A stretch of DNA of 64,000 nt, taken from Paraphysomonas bandaiensis (lineage: Eukaryota > Protista > Chrysophyceae). The stretch spans positions 62,001 to 126,000 of the forward strand of contig CBFFRP010000295.1 of the NCBI GenBank assembly GCA_965644295.1, given 5' to 3'. The notes under the pieces are model-generated. The model saw nothing but the letters and a program-made list of their open reading frames with translations, was not told where the DNA came from and made no database searches. The translations under genes were made by a program, and so were the position numbers. Positions 1 through 11,000 of the stretch are shown piece after piece; within the stretch, counting starts at the first letter, position 1, and each line of letters starts with the position of its first letter.

Positions 1-1028
1 CCCATGCCTAAATACAGATCCATTATTCCTATGATATTGGAGAAATAAACTCATATACCAATGGGAGCCTTTAGTTTATCTTCTTGTAGTACACTGAGCA
101 TTGAAGACGATCTCGATGAAGGTATAGTGCCTACCGGGTCAAGGGGAGGAACATGTTTGACTTTCACACCTGATACGGGGGCCGTTCTATCACCTCCCCA
201 TAGATATCTACACATCGTTAGAAATTAACGGTGAACATGTATGCGAACAGAACATACTTGGGTATACTTTCAGGAATAATAAATTCAGTAGAAATTTCAT
301 TGATAAACCGATCAAGGTCTCTCGTTTGTCTCGCCTCTTCCGCATAAGTGGATTGTGCAGAGATCTGAAACCTGCAGAGGAACTCTCACAACCAATTTAT
401 TAAACACGGTACAAACACTGAACACAGTTTCTACAAATGATCACGGTACTATTGGATGCAAAATAATACCTAAGGAATTCTGCGCTGGCAAAGTCAGGAG
501 AATAACCCTGAAGCTTTCTTAACAGTAGAACCAGCAGCCCTGTAATCCTCCTTCCATCGAGACAGTGGACATATATCGACGAATTTTCGTTCTCAATGAT
601 AACCTAAATACATAATATAAGACTAGTACAACAAACTATAAACCATTGCAATACATTAATGGCTTTGATTAAAGTAGATTGAAGGGCTTGATTGAGAGGA
701 CATAGACGAGACACCTGTTCAAATACGATATGAATACATTCATATTCCATATAACAAGAACATATCTATACATATATATACATAACATAACATCTATACA
801 TATACGTGTGTATGTATATATATGTAACTCTACCGGTATATGAACACTTTTAATCCCAAAACAATTACAAAACTCCATAAGATCTTTTGTAGGTGTCTCT
901 GGTGTCAGAGATATGATCATATCTAATTGCAATCGTTTCATAAATCGAAAGTTTCTTAATGTTGGATACGCTCCTCTATAGAGGCCTATTTCAATGATAT
1001 TGTAACGTAATGGTGTGATAAGGGACAT
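1..1028 (-). CDS. Siw14/OCA-family atypical tyrosine phosphatase-like protein (OCA6-like), spliced, 3' end runs off the window
   Basis: Exon 1 has LITPLRYNIIEIGLYRGAYPTLRNFRFMKRLQLDMIISLTPE, typical of the Y_phosphatase2 N-terminus. Later exons with GT-AG introns give IYVHCLDGRRITGLLVLLLRKLQGY (~470-603) and YLWGG (~190-204). Confidence 0.8.
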
Positions 1029-1164
1029 GTATATGGTGAGAGAGAGGGTAGAATATGAGGAGTGAGAGAGATATGTGTATATATATGTGGATGTAGAGAG
1101 ATGTGTCTCTATATATATGTATATATACCTCTATGAGTGGAATGGCCTGCGTATCGGTAGTCAG

Positions 1165-1303
1165 CGTCTTATATTTTGCGGGAATAATTTGAAGCAAATA
1201 TTTTCTATATTACTGCAATACAAGTACGGCTGGAATACAGATAATTATTGTCTCAATATTAGAGGCATATTTGAACAAAAATATACAAAGGATGCCGATA
1301 CGT
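1165..1303 (+). repeat. ~135-bp dispersed repeat module, copy A
   Basis: Contains GGAATACAGATAATTATTGTCTCAATATTAGAGGCAT..TTGAACAAAAATATACAAAGGATGC, nearly identical to copies at 15119-15494. Confidence 0.85.
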
Positions 1304-1335
1304 GATAGAGAGACGAGTGCTTTTCACCTGGGAAT

Positions 1336-1482
1336 TCCTACCTACCTACATACATAGCTACCTACGTACAGTATTTACCTACATACAGTACCTACCTACC
1401 TACACTGTACCTACCTACCTACACTGTACCTACCTACCTACACTGTACCTATCTACCTACTTACTTACCTACATACATTATA
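1336..1482. repeat. Imperfect (CTAC)n/(TACA)n simple repeat
   Basis: Directly visible tandem CTAC units with interspersed ACTGTA. Confidence 0.85.
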
Positions 1483-1686
1483 CGTAGTATACTTGTGTCG
1501 TGCTTTTTTCAGTTTGCAGACCTGGTCCGAATAATGTACATATCCGGGAAATGTCTTTTCCTTGGTCTTTTTGTCCCATAGAGGATATGTGCCTGCTCTC
1601 ATATGCTATCATAACCTGAAATCATCTCATTATCATTTGCTGTTATAGATATCAACATCAATTTGACTTGGCATTCATTTTGTGTT

Positions 1687-2856
1687 ATGGACGATCTAAG
1701 AGAAGAATTTACTAGGCTAGGTGTGAATGAGGAGCCTGTGAATGAGGAGCCTGTGAATGAGGAGCCTGTGAATGAGGAGCCTGTGAATGAGGAGCCTGTG
1801 AATGAGGAGCCTGTGAATGAGGAGCCTGTGAATGAGGAGCCTGTGAATGAGGAGCCTGTGAATGAGGAGCCTGTGAATGTGGAGCCTGTGAGTGAGGAGG
1901 AACTTTTCAATTCAGCACAAACTTTCAAGAATGCAAATAATATTACTCTGGAGTATAGATATCAACATATGGCAAGCACTATGGCTGGAAGATTTCCTAT
2001 TCTCTTTGTCTTTGAGGGTCCCTCTGAACCGGCATTTCAAGCTATTTCGTCAATAAATGGCGGCAGAATTTGGAATCCATTTAAGAACAAGGATGGAGAT
2101 TGGGTAAAATCAATTCGTATAATTGACTCACTCATCAAAGATATTAAAACAGCAGGCGGTAGTATCTTTCGTGAGGTGCCGGAAAATCTTGACGATGTGT
2201 ATCTTATGGATGCTTTTGCTTGGAAGTACTGGGACAAGGGCAGAAATGTGATATTTTCGTATCGCGATAAGGAACTTGCTGGTTTGTGGTTTAAGAACCA
2301 GGTATCAATAATTCGACCCCGGATTGTTATTTTCTTTGGAAAAAATCTCAAAACAATTTGTTGCACTGGTTCCCGCCCATCGACTTCTGGTATGATAGGC
2401 TGCAGTTATAAGATAGCCGGTGTTACATTTGATTGTGAAGGACTTTACCACCCCGGAGCTCTTCGCTTTAATGATTTTGATAAAGTAGTGGATTATATTT
2501 ACACAATTTCTGGTGTGTATTGTATTCTCAAAGGTCTTCCTTATAAAGATGTGAAAATTGTCAGTGAAGCTACTATAAGCAACCGTTATGGTTTCATTAA
2601 GAAAATTCAGGCCACACATGGCGACAAGGAATTGACTCTAAACGAAGTTAAGAGTATTCTTTTTGGTCAGGATGAAACCTTCCCATCCGATTCCACTCTA
2701 AGAGAATTGCTTTTTCCCTTTAAACAAGAATCAAAACGCGGGAATGCGTTTCTATACAAGTTTCCTGCAATTTCAGGAGGTGGTGTCGTATTTGAAACCA
2801 GAGACGCAGAAAACAATGATGACGAGTCTAATGAAGAAGAGGAATCCGAATCTTAG
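1687..2856 (+). CDS. Intronless protein with N-terminal acidic (VNEEP)n repeat and a uracil-DNA glycosylase-superfamily-like domain
   Basis: ATG at 1687. Motifs occur in UDG family-4/5 order and spacing: ILFVFEGPS (cf. IMFVGE[AG]PG), DDVYLMDA (cf. EDVYITN), WFKNQVSIIRPRIVIFFGK (cf. LxxEIxxIxPxxIVxLG), LYHPGALR (cf. YHPxxxLR). Confidence 0.6.
   Translation: MDDLREEFTRLGVNEEPVNEEPVNEEPVNEEPVNEEPVNEEPVNEEPVNEEPVNEEPVNEEPVNVEPVSEEELFNSAQTFKNANNITLEYRYQHMASTMAGRFPILFVFEGPSEPAFQAISSINGGRIWNPFKNKDGDWVKSIRIIDSLIKDIKTAGGSIFREVPENLDDVYLMDAFAWKYWDKGRNVIFSYRDKELAGLWFKNQVSIIRPRIVIFFGKNLKTICCTGSRPSTSGMIGCSYKIAGVTFDCEGLYHPGALRFNDFDKVVDYIYTISGVYCILKGLPYKDVKIVSEATISNRYGFIKKIQATHGDKELTLNEVKSILFGQDETFPSDSTLRELLFPFKQESKRGNAFLYKFPAISGGGVVFETRDAENNDDESNEEEESES
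1723..1899 (+). repeat. 15-bp coding tandem repeat GTGAATGAGGAGCCT (10 perfect, 1 variant, 1 partial unit)
   Basis: Directly visible; encodes VNEEP. Confidence 0.97.
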
Positions 2857-4002
2857 GTGTACGTACTCAAGAGGATTTCAGCCAGATGAAATGAGTATTG
2901 ATTATCCTTTGGCCTAAGTTTTCTATCCGGCAATCCCCAGTCATTACTATCCTGAACTCGGTGACCGTGTTTCCATTCTCGAAGACCTGTTGTTTAAATT
3001 TATTTTATTGCGAGACTGTTTTGACATCTTACTGAAGCTGAATTAGCTTTAGTTGAAACTAATTGGAACGAAAAATAATTAACAAGATCTATTAAAATGA
3101 TCATTCTTCCTTTATTACCAGATATCAATATTACTTAGGGGTTTTCAAGTTATGACACAATTGGATGATTTACTAAGTTAACTGGACGTCTATTTACTCA
3201 TTAATCAAGTTAAGATTAGAGAAGATTATAATAAATATAATAAAAAATATATCACGTTATCTCTACTACCACTCATTTCTCGTACGATCTTACATCGTTA
3301 CTATCTTCTTGTATGGTCAATATTTACAGGGGGGATTCGAAATAAACGACAGTCCGATGAATGCTATGCTAGGTCAAGCTAGTTAGCTAGCTAGATGCTC
3401 TAGATTAATTCATATGAACACTTATATAAAATGCTATCTTGAAATACATTGGTCTCGCTTATTCTAATTTACTCGTACACTTACCAAAAAAAATCATGAT
3501 TTGTACCAAATATATATCGAATAGTGAAATAGACACAATTTTGAAAATAGCATATCTGCACGAAATAAACGAATTACAACGTCATCTACAGCACAATGGA
3601 AACACAATGACATAACAGTGACTATTCTGCAATAATATTTGCAACTTTCGATACATATTATCGCGTAAATAGATATATAAGTACAACTAAATCAACATCA
3701 TATATATATATTACGAATTCCCGATATAAAAATATTTAAATAAAATGGAATGAAAATGACATAAATGATATCGCTGCCCCATTCTGAGCGCGTACTTAGG
3801 TAGATTCGGATGGGGGTCGGGTGGGTACCTAACTAATACTTGATTTAAGTCCCATACGTTATTTGCTAGCTACCTACTGAACCCAACTAGCTACATCATT
3901 ATCACATGGTATTCAGCGCTGAATATGCAGTGAGACCCCGGGTGGGGTAGTGCTGAACTAAGCAATGTGTACATAGGTAGAGGCGATCAATCGCAGCAGC
4001 AC

Positions 4003-5975
4003 TCAGCCGCACCCACTAGGGGGCCGCACGCAGTGATTAGTTACGCTGTCAATATGGGGCACCATGGTGAAATGACAAATGAGAGAATCGTTTTCACAGG
4101 AAAATGTCCTATGTAGAAATTCAACCACACCCTCCTGGAGATGGGCTGCACTGATCACCATGTCATTTACTTTGTGCAACTTATTTCGTCGCGGCATTGA
4201 TTGAAGAGCAACTAACTTTCGAGACAACATTCCCTTGAACATCCATTTGGGGTAATTCCTGTAAGGAATATATTCTGATGCTTATCTCTTTCTGTGATAT
4301 ATCCATTTTCCCACCTAGCAGTATGTTCGAGGGATGAGATTTCATGCCAGAATCAAGCAGATCTAGAATTCGGACTACAGGTGTCGGAAATTTGCGAGTC
4401 GTGGAATGAGTTTTCACAGTTGCTGACGTTGAGGAAGAGTCTGTCGACCGTGCAGAGGGAATAGTAGGTTTGTACTGGCTTAATACGGACTCTATTCTAT
4501 CACACTCCATTCGATCTTTCATTAATCTCTTCGTCTTTGCGTCAAGCTTTCTCTGTTGAACCGCCCTCCTAATTTTGAGCCTTGTTTCGTGAGTCGGCTT
4601 CGGTAATAGTTGTCGACTAATTGCTTCAACAGACTGCACTGATGACTCAACAATATGTGCCCCGGTTGGCACTAGAGACATCACACCTCTACGCTTACTT
4701 ACAAGATCCTACTCAAAAAATCAGATTTATCAGACGGCAGTATTAGTGTTGAAAAGAATTATTAAACAGCAGATTATTACACTTACTGTGTAAGGTAATA
4801 TAACTCCTTTTCCCAAGGGTGGTACTTCCTGCAAAACAACCGCTGAAGGCAAGAACTTATACCCAATTATGTCGCTGATCCCTTTGATGGCGGATGGTGC
4901 TCTGACAGACTTTTTGTGTCGAGGTAGAAGCATCTCTTGAACATGATACTCAACAGGGGATTTTTGTTGAAGTTCGTTGACAACATCAGCGGCATTGACA
5001 GAATTCTTTCCATCATTTCTTGCCCTCTTTACAGTCCCTTTGATAAAAGCAGTGATGGTATCGGATCGACATTTCCCATGTCCAGGCTCTTCACCAAAAT
5101 TCTCCAGGATACGAATGCTCGTGTCATCAGTAGCAGTCGTTTTCAAGTGTTCAATCATATCTACCAAAGCACAAAGTGGCAAAGTTGACTTGTAGTAATC
5201 GACGTTATCTGTTGCTCGATATAGATTTTTCAGCCACGGGCGATGTGTTCTTATCCACCTGATGTCACACTCTAATGTTGCGGTAGCATGAGTCCAGTCT
5301 AAGGAAGTGTCGTCACATAACGTCTGGATATTCTCTTCAAAAAGGTCTCCCTCATTGACAGGGTCAAAGGGGCCATATACTGCGCCAAAGTCTATGTCAG
5401 TATAGCTCTGGCGGATATCCAACGAAGGGTATTTATAAGTCAGTACTGAAATATGTGCTACAACCTTGATACCTTGTTCGGCTGTTCTGGTACGGTGCGG
5501 CTTCAAACTAATTTTGCTGCTATAATCTGAGTGTACTAGACACTTGCTACAGTTGAAATTAATCCCAGAACTCGCCTAAAGTTGCTCCTATGTGCCACCA
5601 CTCGAGCCTTGTGCCCTACTTCAAACAGTAATAATTTATACTACTATACATCCGTAGCTATATATAATATCTACAAGGCATACCTTCATTCTGTGCTTTG
5701 TTTGTTTTTTTAAATCAGACACAGCCTCATACTATTTTCCAATTCTCGGAATTTCTAAATTGCCATAAAACAATATTATATTAAAATATATATGGTGGTT
5801 GATCTATAGTATATAGCAATGAGCGATATATAATATATTATGTAGGTAATAATAATAGTAGGGTGTTATGTTGTGAGCTCTAGTTATCTACTTGGTAATT
5901 GTTTATAATTTCTTACCTGCAGTGAATGCCGTATCGACCTTTCGCTTAGCCCCACTTATATTTGGAATATGATCT
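4003..5975 (-). pseudogene. Decayed Sola3-like DDD transposase (spliced, with frameshifts and stops); may extend 5' to ~6735
   Basis: Motifs in order: GHKARV (~5600), CLVHSDYKQ (Asp at 5525-5527, then frameshift), DDTSLDWTHA, LYRATDNVDYYKS, EEPGHGKCRSDTITAFIKGTVKR. These resemble the D-[YW]-x-M-K / SDNxxxY / ExGxGKxxxD pattern I recall for Sola3-type transposases. Upstream AG..GT-bounded exons lie at ~5917-5963 and ~5684-5754, the latter with an in-frame TAG. Confidence 0.55.
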
Positions 5976-7630
5976 GATGTATATGTATGTGGTCAGTGTA
6001 ATAGTAACAACAGTGATATCATGAAAGACTACATATTAGCGTGTATACAGTATATAATGTAATGAGTTTGTTTATAAATATGTATGTGTTGAGTTCTACA
6101 ACTATACATATATATAGTGACAATAATATATTCATACCTACAGTGTAAACATAAATGCATTCTACATAATATTAGCATGCATGTATGCCATGATGTTACC
6201 AGTATTTATTATAGATGTATTGCTTCGCCCACCCGAGATATCGGAAGTGCTAGATGCAGCCCCGATAACAGTATTGGGCCCCACATGGGGGTGTCCAGGG
6301 TCAGCAGTCCTGGACACTGGGAGTTCTGAAAAGACGATGCAACCAGCTGTCGATACACAAGTCTCTCATTGCCGGGAAGATTATATGTGTCTATGAAATA
6401 TGTTGCTGATTCTAGTGGGTAGAAAGCCCCCTTCAATACGCTGCCCCCTCCGTCCACATCTTTGATGTAGTGGCAAGTCCGCTGCGGAAAATGCCTCGCA
6501 AATCTTTTGCGCGCACTGCTACGTGAGTGGACAATATTTCTACTGGATGGGAACGCCGCAAACAGAAAATCAAAAAAGAGCTGTGCACCACGCGCATGTC
6601 TTGAATTTCAAAGCAACGCAACGTCCGCTCGAACTGTGGGGTGTTAAATGATACAGTCACCATCTCCGACTGGGAGATGGTCTCCGGCAGCAAGGCGAGT
6701 CTTCTTGCCGGAGTTTCTTCCATCAAGCTCAACAATAAGGGTCTACACTACAATAATACACACTTTTTATTCTCTATCTATATGGATATGGCGCCTGGCT
6801 CCTTAATAGAAATTGTGGTCATTTTGACCACAATTTCAACGCTCTACACTCATGTTCCATACGAAAAAACACAATCCAAAAAAAAGAAGTGGGACCAGAC
6901 TGGTCCGCTTTGTCGAAAAACGTCTCCATGGCTGAACAGAGTGTCATATATATACATGTACATGTATGGCAGTATGCTGCAGTATGCTGCAGTAGCTACA
7001 TGGGTTTTGCAGAAGGCGACTACTAAAAAACCCTTTTTTTTAAATATCTACAACGTAAAAATGATTGTTTTCAACAGTCGATATTAAAAAAACAGACTTT
7101 TTTATTCCCAATACAAAATCTAGGCAATAAGGTGGACGTTTGGCCCTCGTCTGACTGGACTAAGCCTTAATACATAAATTGAACTGGATTAGTAATAAGT
7201 GATTAGATATTGTGTATAATCTAATATTATAAGTGTGTTTGAGAGGTGCTCCACATATCCTTCCTCCAAGATCATTGTCCCACCTTCAGGACCTGCTTAA
7301 TTACGTAGACTTATCAGTTTATTCCTGTTCTGCGGAACAAGAATTATATGTGTATATACAGACTTAATATCAAAGAAGTACCCAGATAATAATAACAGAT
7401 TCTTTTGTGGGATCTTTGCAACAAAGTGACAATTGACAAAGCATATTTCGATAGAAATTCAATTCTACAAAGCATGTCTAGAGTCTAGAGGTAGTGACTT
7501 ACAAGGCTTTTGGATCCATTGGGATGTGCAAAAGCATAAAGTAAAATTATGGGGGTATCTGGGCTACAAATGTCTCATACGTTAACGGGGGATATTTTTT
7601 GTTTCTATTGCCCGAAATGTAACTTGAATC

Positions 7631-7923
7631 TGTTGGGAAATGCTCATTTTACTTAGATCAAAGAGAGATTAAGTTGTTAGACTAGATAGATTTATTAATA
7701 TCGTTTACACAAATTGTGTTAAACAACACAAGCTCGTTTTGTGCCATGCATAAATCACTACTTCTGTAGACCTTTCGCTACTAAACATATCTTGAAAGAG
7801 CAAACTATTTCAGTTTTCTCAATATCATAACAGCATCTACACATCACCATACTTCACTGTATTCTCGTACATTGTCTTCAAGTACCACATTGAATATACT
7901 AGGATACAGTCCATATTCTAATA
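7631..7923 (-). repeat. 3' LTR of the copia element
   Basis: Direct repeat of 12794-13086; on the element strand it reads TATTAGAA...TTCCCAACA. Confidence 0.96.
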
Positions 7924-7933
7924 CTCCCACTCA
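7924..7933 (-). other. Polypurine tract of the copia element
   Basis: Minus strand TGAGTGGGAG directly abuts the 3' LTR. Confidence 0.75.
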
Positions 7934-8097
7934 ATGTAGAATGCAGTGATACGAAAACAACAATGAGTACAGTGATCTTCATGCTATAAACTAGTCTCAT
8001 AGGTAAAATAGATGTGAAATCTTATCAAGATACATATATAACTAGCAGTCAACTAGATATATAGTTATGTGGGATTCTCACCCACTAAAACACACCT

Positions 8098-11000
8098 TTA
8101 ACCTCTTCGGGGTCGCTTCTTCTGCTGCTCCTCAACTCTGGTTGACACACTTCTCTTAACCCCGGTAATAGTTTTCTCATGACGACTGAAAAGTTTCGTT
8201 GACAATGCCTTCGTGAAAATATCAGCCGCCATATCATCCGTCGACACATGAATCAACTTTGCCGTAGGAAATTTTCCATTTACATGCTCTCTCACCCAGT
8301 GATACTTGATGTCTATATGCTTCGACCTCTTATGATACACAGGATTCTCGGAGAGATCTTTCGCACTCTTGCTATCCATAAAGAATGGAGTCGGCTTCGC
8401 AACTAAGAGCCCGAGCTCCTTGAACACCCCCCGAAGCCACACCAGTTCTTGCATAGCCGCATACTCCGCCATATATTCAGATTCCATGCTCGAAGTTGCA
8501 ACTGTGGTCTGTAGTTTAGACTGCCAGGCCAATGCGCCTGCACATAAGAACACAATGTATCCTGTTGTCGATCGCCGAGTCAGTCTATCACCAGCCCAAT
8601 CTGAATCACTGAACACATGTAAGTCGAACTCACTCCCACTGAATCTGATGCCCTCATCAATTGTTCCACGCAAATATTTCAATAAGTGAATCGCCAGTTT
8701 GCACGATGCATATGTCGGACAACTACTAAATCGAGACAATAACCCCACTGCATAAGCCAGATCAGGTCTAGTATGCATTGCTAGATACAACACTGCTCCA
8801 ATAATTTGCCGATACGGAAATGAGTCAACCCACTGCTTCTGCTCCTCCGTAAGTTCACGTTCCTCTGCCAACAGATCCTGAACATTAGTAGGTAGTGGGG
8901 CCTCCTTATTCTTACTACTCTTTCCCATAACTGAGCTGAATTTCTTGATAATATTCTTAGCATACTCAGATTGATCTAACATATACCAATTTTCTCCTCT
9001 GGTTATCCTGATGTTCAGAAATCGCTTACACACTCCCAGATCATGCATCTCGAATGTTTCACAGAACCTACGCTTTACGCTTTCCAAGTAAGTCAGATCA
9101 GCGGATGCAATTATGATATCATCAACATATATCAATAATAAATGCAGTTTTCCGTTACTCCATCGCATATACAAACACGTATCCAAAATACACGGAGTAA
9201 AATGCAATGATTTAATAAACTTGTCAATATGTTTATTCCACTGTCGCGGTGAAGATCGCAGTCCATACAATGCCTTGATTAGTTGAAAACACCATCCAGC
9301 TAGTAATTCCTCATCTGGTGGAGGTGCCATATACACGTCATCCTCCAGATCTGCATAGCAAAATGCGGATGATACATCTAATTGATGCACATGCATCTGT
9401 AACATAAACGCAATCGCTAACACTAGTCTAATGGTTATACCCTTAACCACTGGAGCGAAAGTGGACGGCTCCTCCTCCTTCTTCTCTTGGAGATTTCCTA
9501 ATGCCACTAGCCGAGCCTTGTACTTTACTATATTCCCTAGTATGTCTCGCTTCACCGTATGCACATATTTCGCTCTAACTAATTTCACTCCGCTTGGAAT
9601 TTTCACGATCTTCAAGACACGTCTTTTCAGCAATGATGTCTTCTCCACCATTCGAGCTTTTCTCCATTGTTGATACTGTGGAGATCTCTCTGCCTCGGCA
9701 TATGAATTTGGTATCTTGATATCTTCTGTCTCTGCATGGTTAAGATCAATATTATGCGCATCCGGTACTTCAACCATATTAATCTCTCCTAAAACTGACG
9801 CGTTTGCCAGTCTCCGCTGCAGCCGTTTGCGTCGGACCCGACCATCACCATCTAGTTCAATCGGTCGACGAGGTATATAAGAACCCGTACCTTGCTCATC
9901 CTGAGCACGCACATCGTGCGTTGTGGGAGGAGCCCCGCTCACAACCCCAGACTCATAGTCTTCAGAGGTCTGCAACCTCACAGCTGTCTCCTGACAGGTT
10001 GGGTCAGGACTCTCCTGTAACCCTCCAGGTCTTCCCTGGTCCAGCACCCTGGCTGGCATAGTACTCAGGGCGTCCCCCTTTCCTATATATCCGGTATTCC
10101 CGGGAGTTTCTGCAGTCATTCGCACTACGTCCTCGACGTGAATCGGCACCCGGTGCTCGATATGCTTCCGACCTGCAGTTACCAGAGATCGATAGGCTAC
10201 TATTACCCCCTTTCGTTCTACTACTCTCGTGGTCTTGTAGAGAAGACCATCCTCATCATCAATATGATATGTACCTTCTAAGCCCGCATAGTCAGACACA
10301 ATTTTCGGTCTCTCGGCCTCCTTCACTCGAAGAGCATCTATCTCAGCGAAATAGCTCTCCGAGCGTGACGGTATGGACTCATCAGTTAATACATGTACCG
10401 ACGTGACGACCCTATCAGTCGCAGGTAGATATACATCATATCCTACCTTTTCATCTGAATATCCTATCAGATATCCGATAAGGGCCTTGTCGTCCCAGTC
10501 TTTCCGTCGATCCGCCTTTGTAGTGAGGACATACGCACGACACCCCCATACTCTGAGATATTTCAGGTTGGGAGCCTCACCAGTCAAAAATTCAAGAGGG
10601 GACATATACCCCTTCGCTGTCTTTGTAGGCAATCGAATTAATATGTACCTGGCTGCCATGTAGGCATCTAGCCAAAACTGTGAAGGCAATCCTGACTGAA
10701 TCAGCATCGCTAATGTCATCTCACCACAGGTCCTGAATTTCCGCTCCTCAATCGCGTTCATCTCAGGAGAGTCCGTAGAGCTCCACGTATGTTGATAGCA
10801 ACCCTGTGACCTAAGATATTGTCGCAGCTCATCACATATTAGCTCCCCTGCTCCATCTGCATGGTAATGATGCATTTCTAATTTGTACCTTTTCACATCT
10901 CCTTCAAAAATCTTCTTGAAAACCTGCAGTACCGATGACCCAGTCCTATGAACAAGCCCTTCCGACCAGAACATCCGACTGGCATGGTGTGTTAGTTTGA

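Noticed and set aside
1723-1899. Regular repeat considered as a CRISPR-like array
   Set aside because: It is a contiguous tandem with no spacers, in frame in a CDS, in a eukaryotic context.
1599-1928. Antisense ORF with (SSFTG)n, superficially FG-repeat-like
   Set aside because: It is the shadow of the VNEEP repeat on the opposite strand of a longer ORF that carries a domain.
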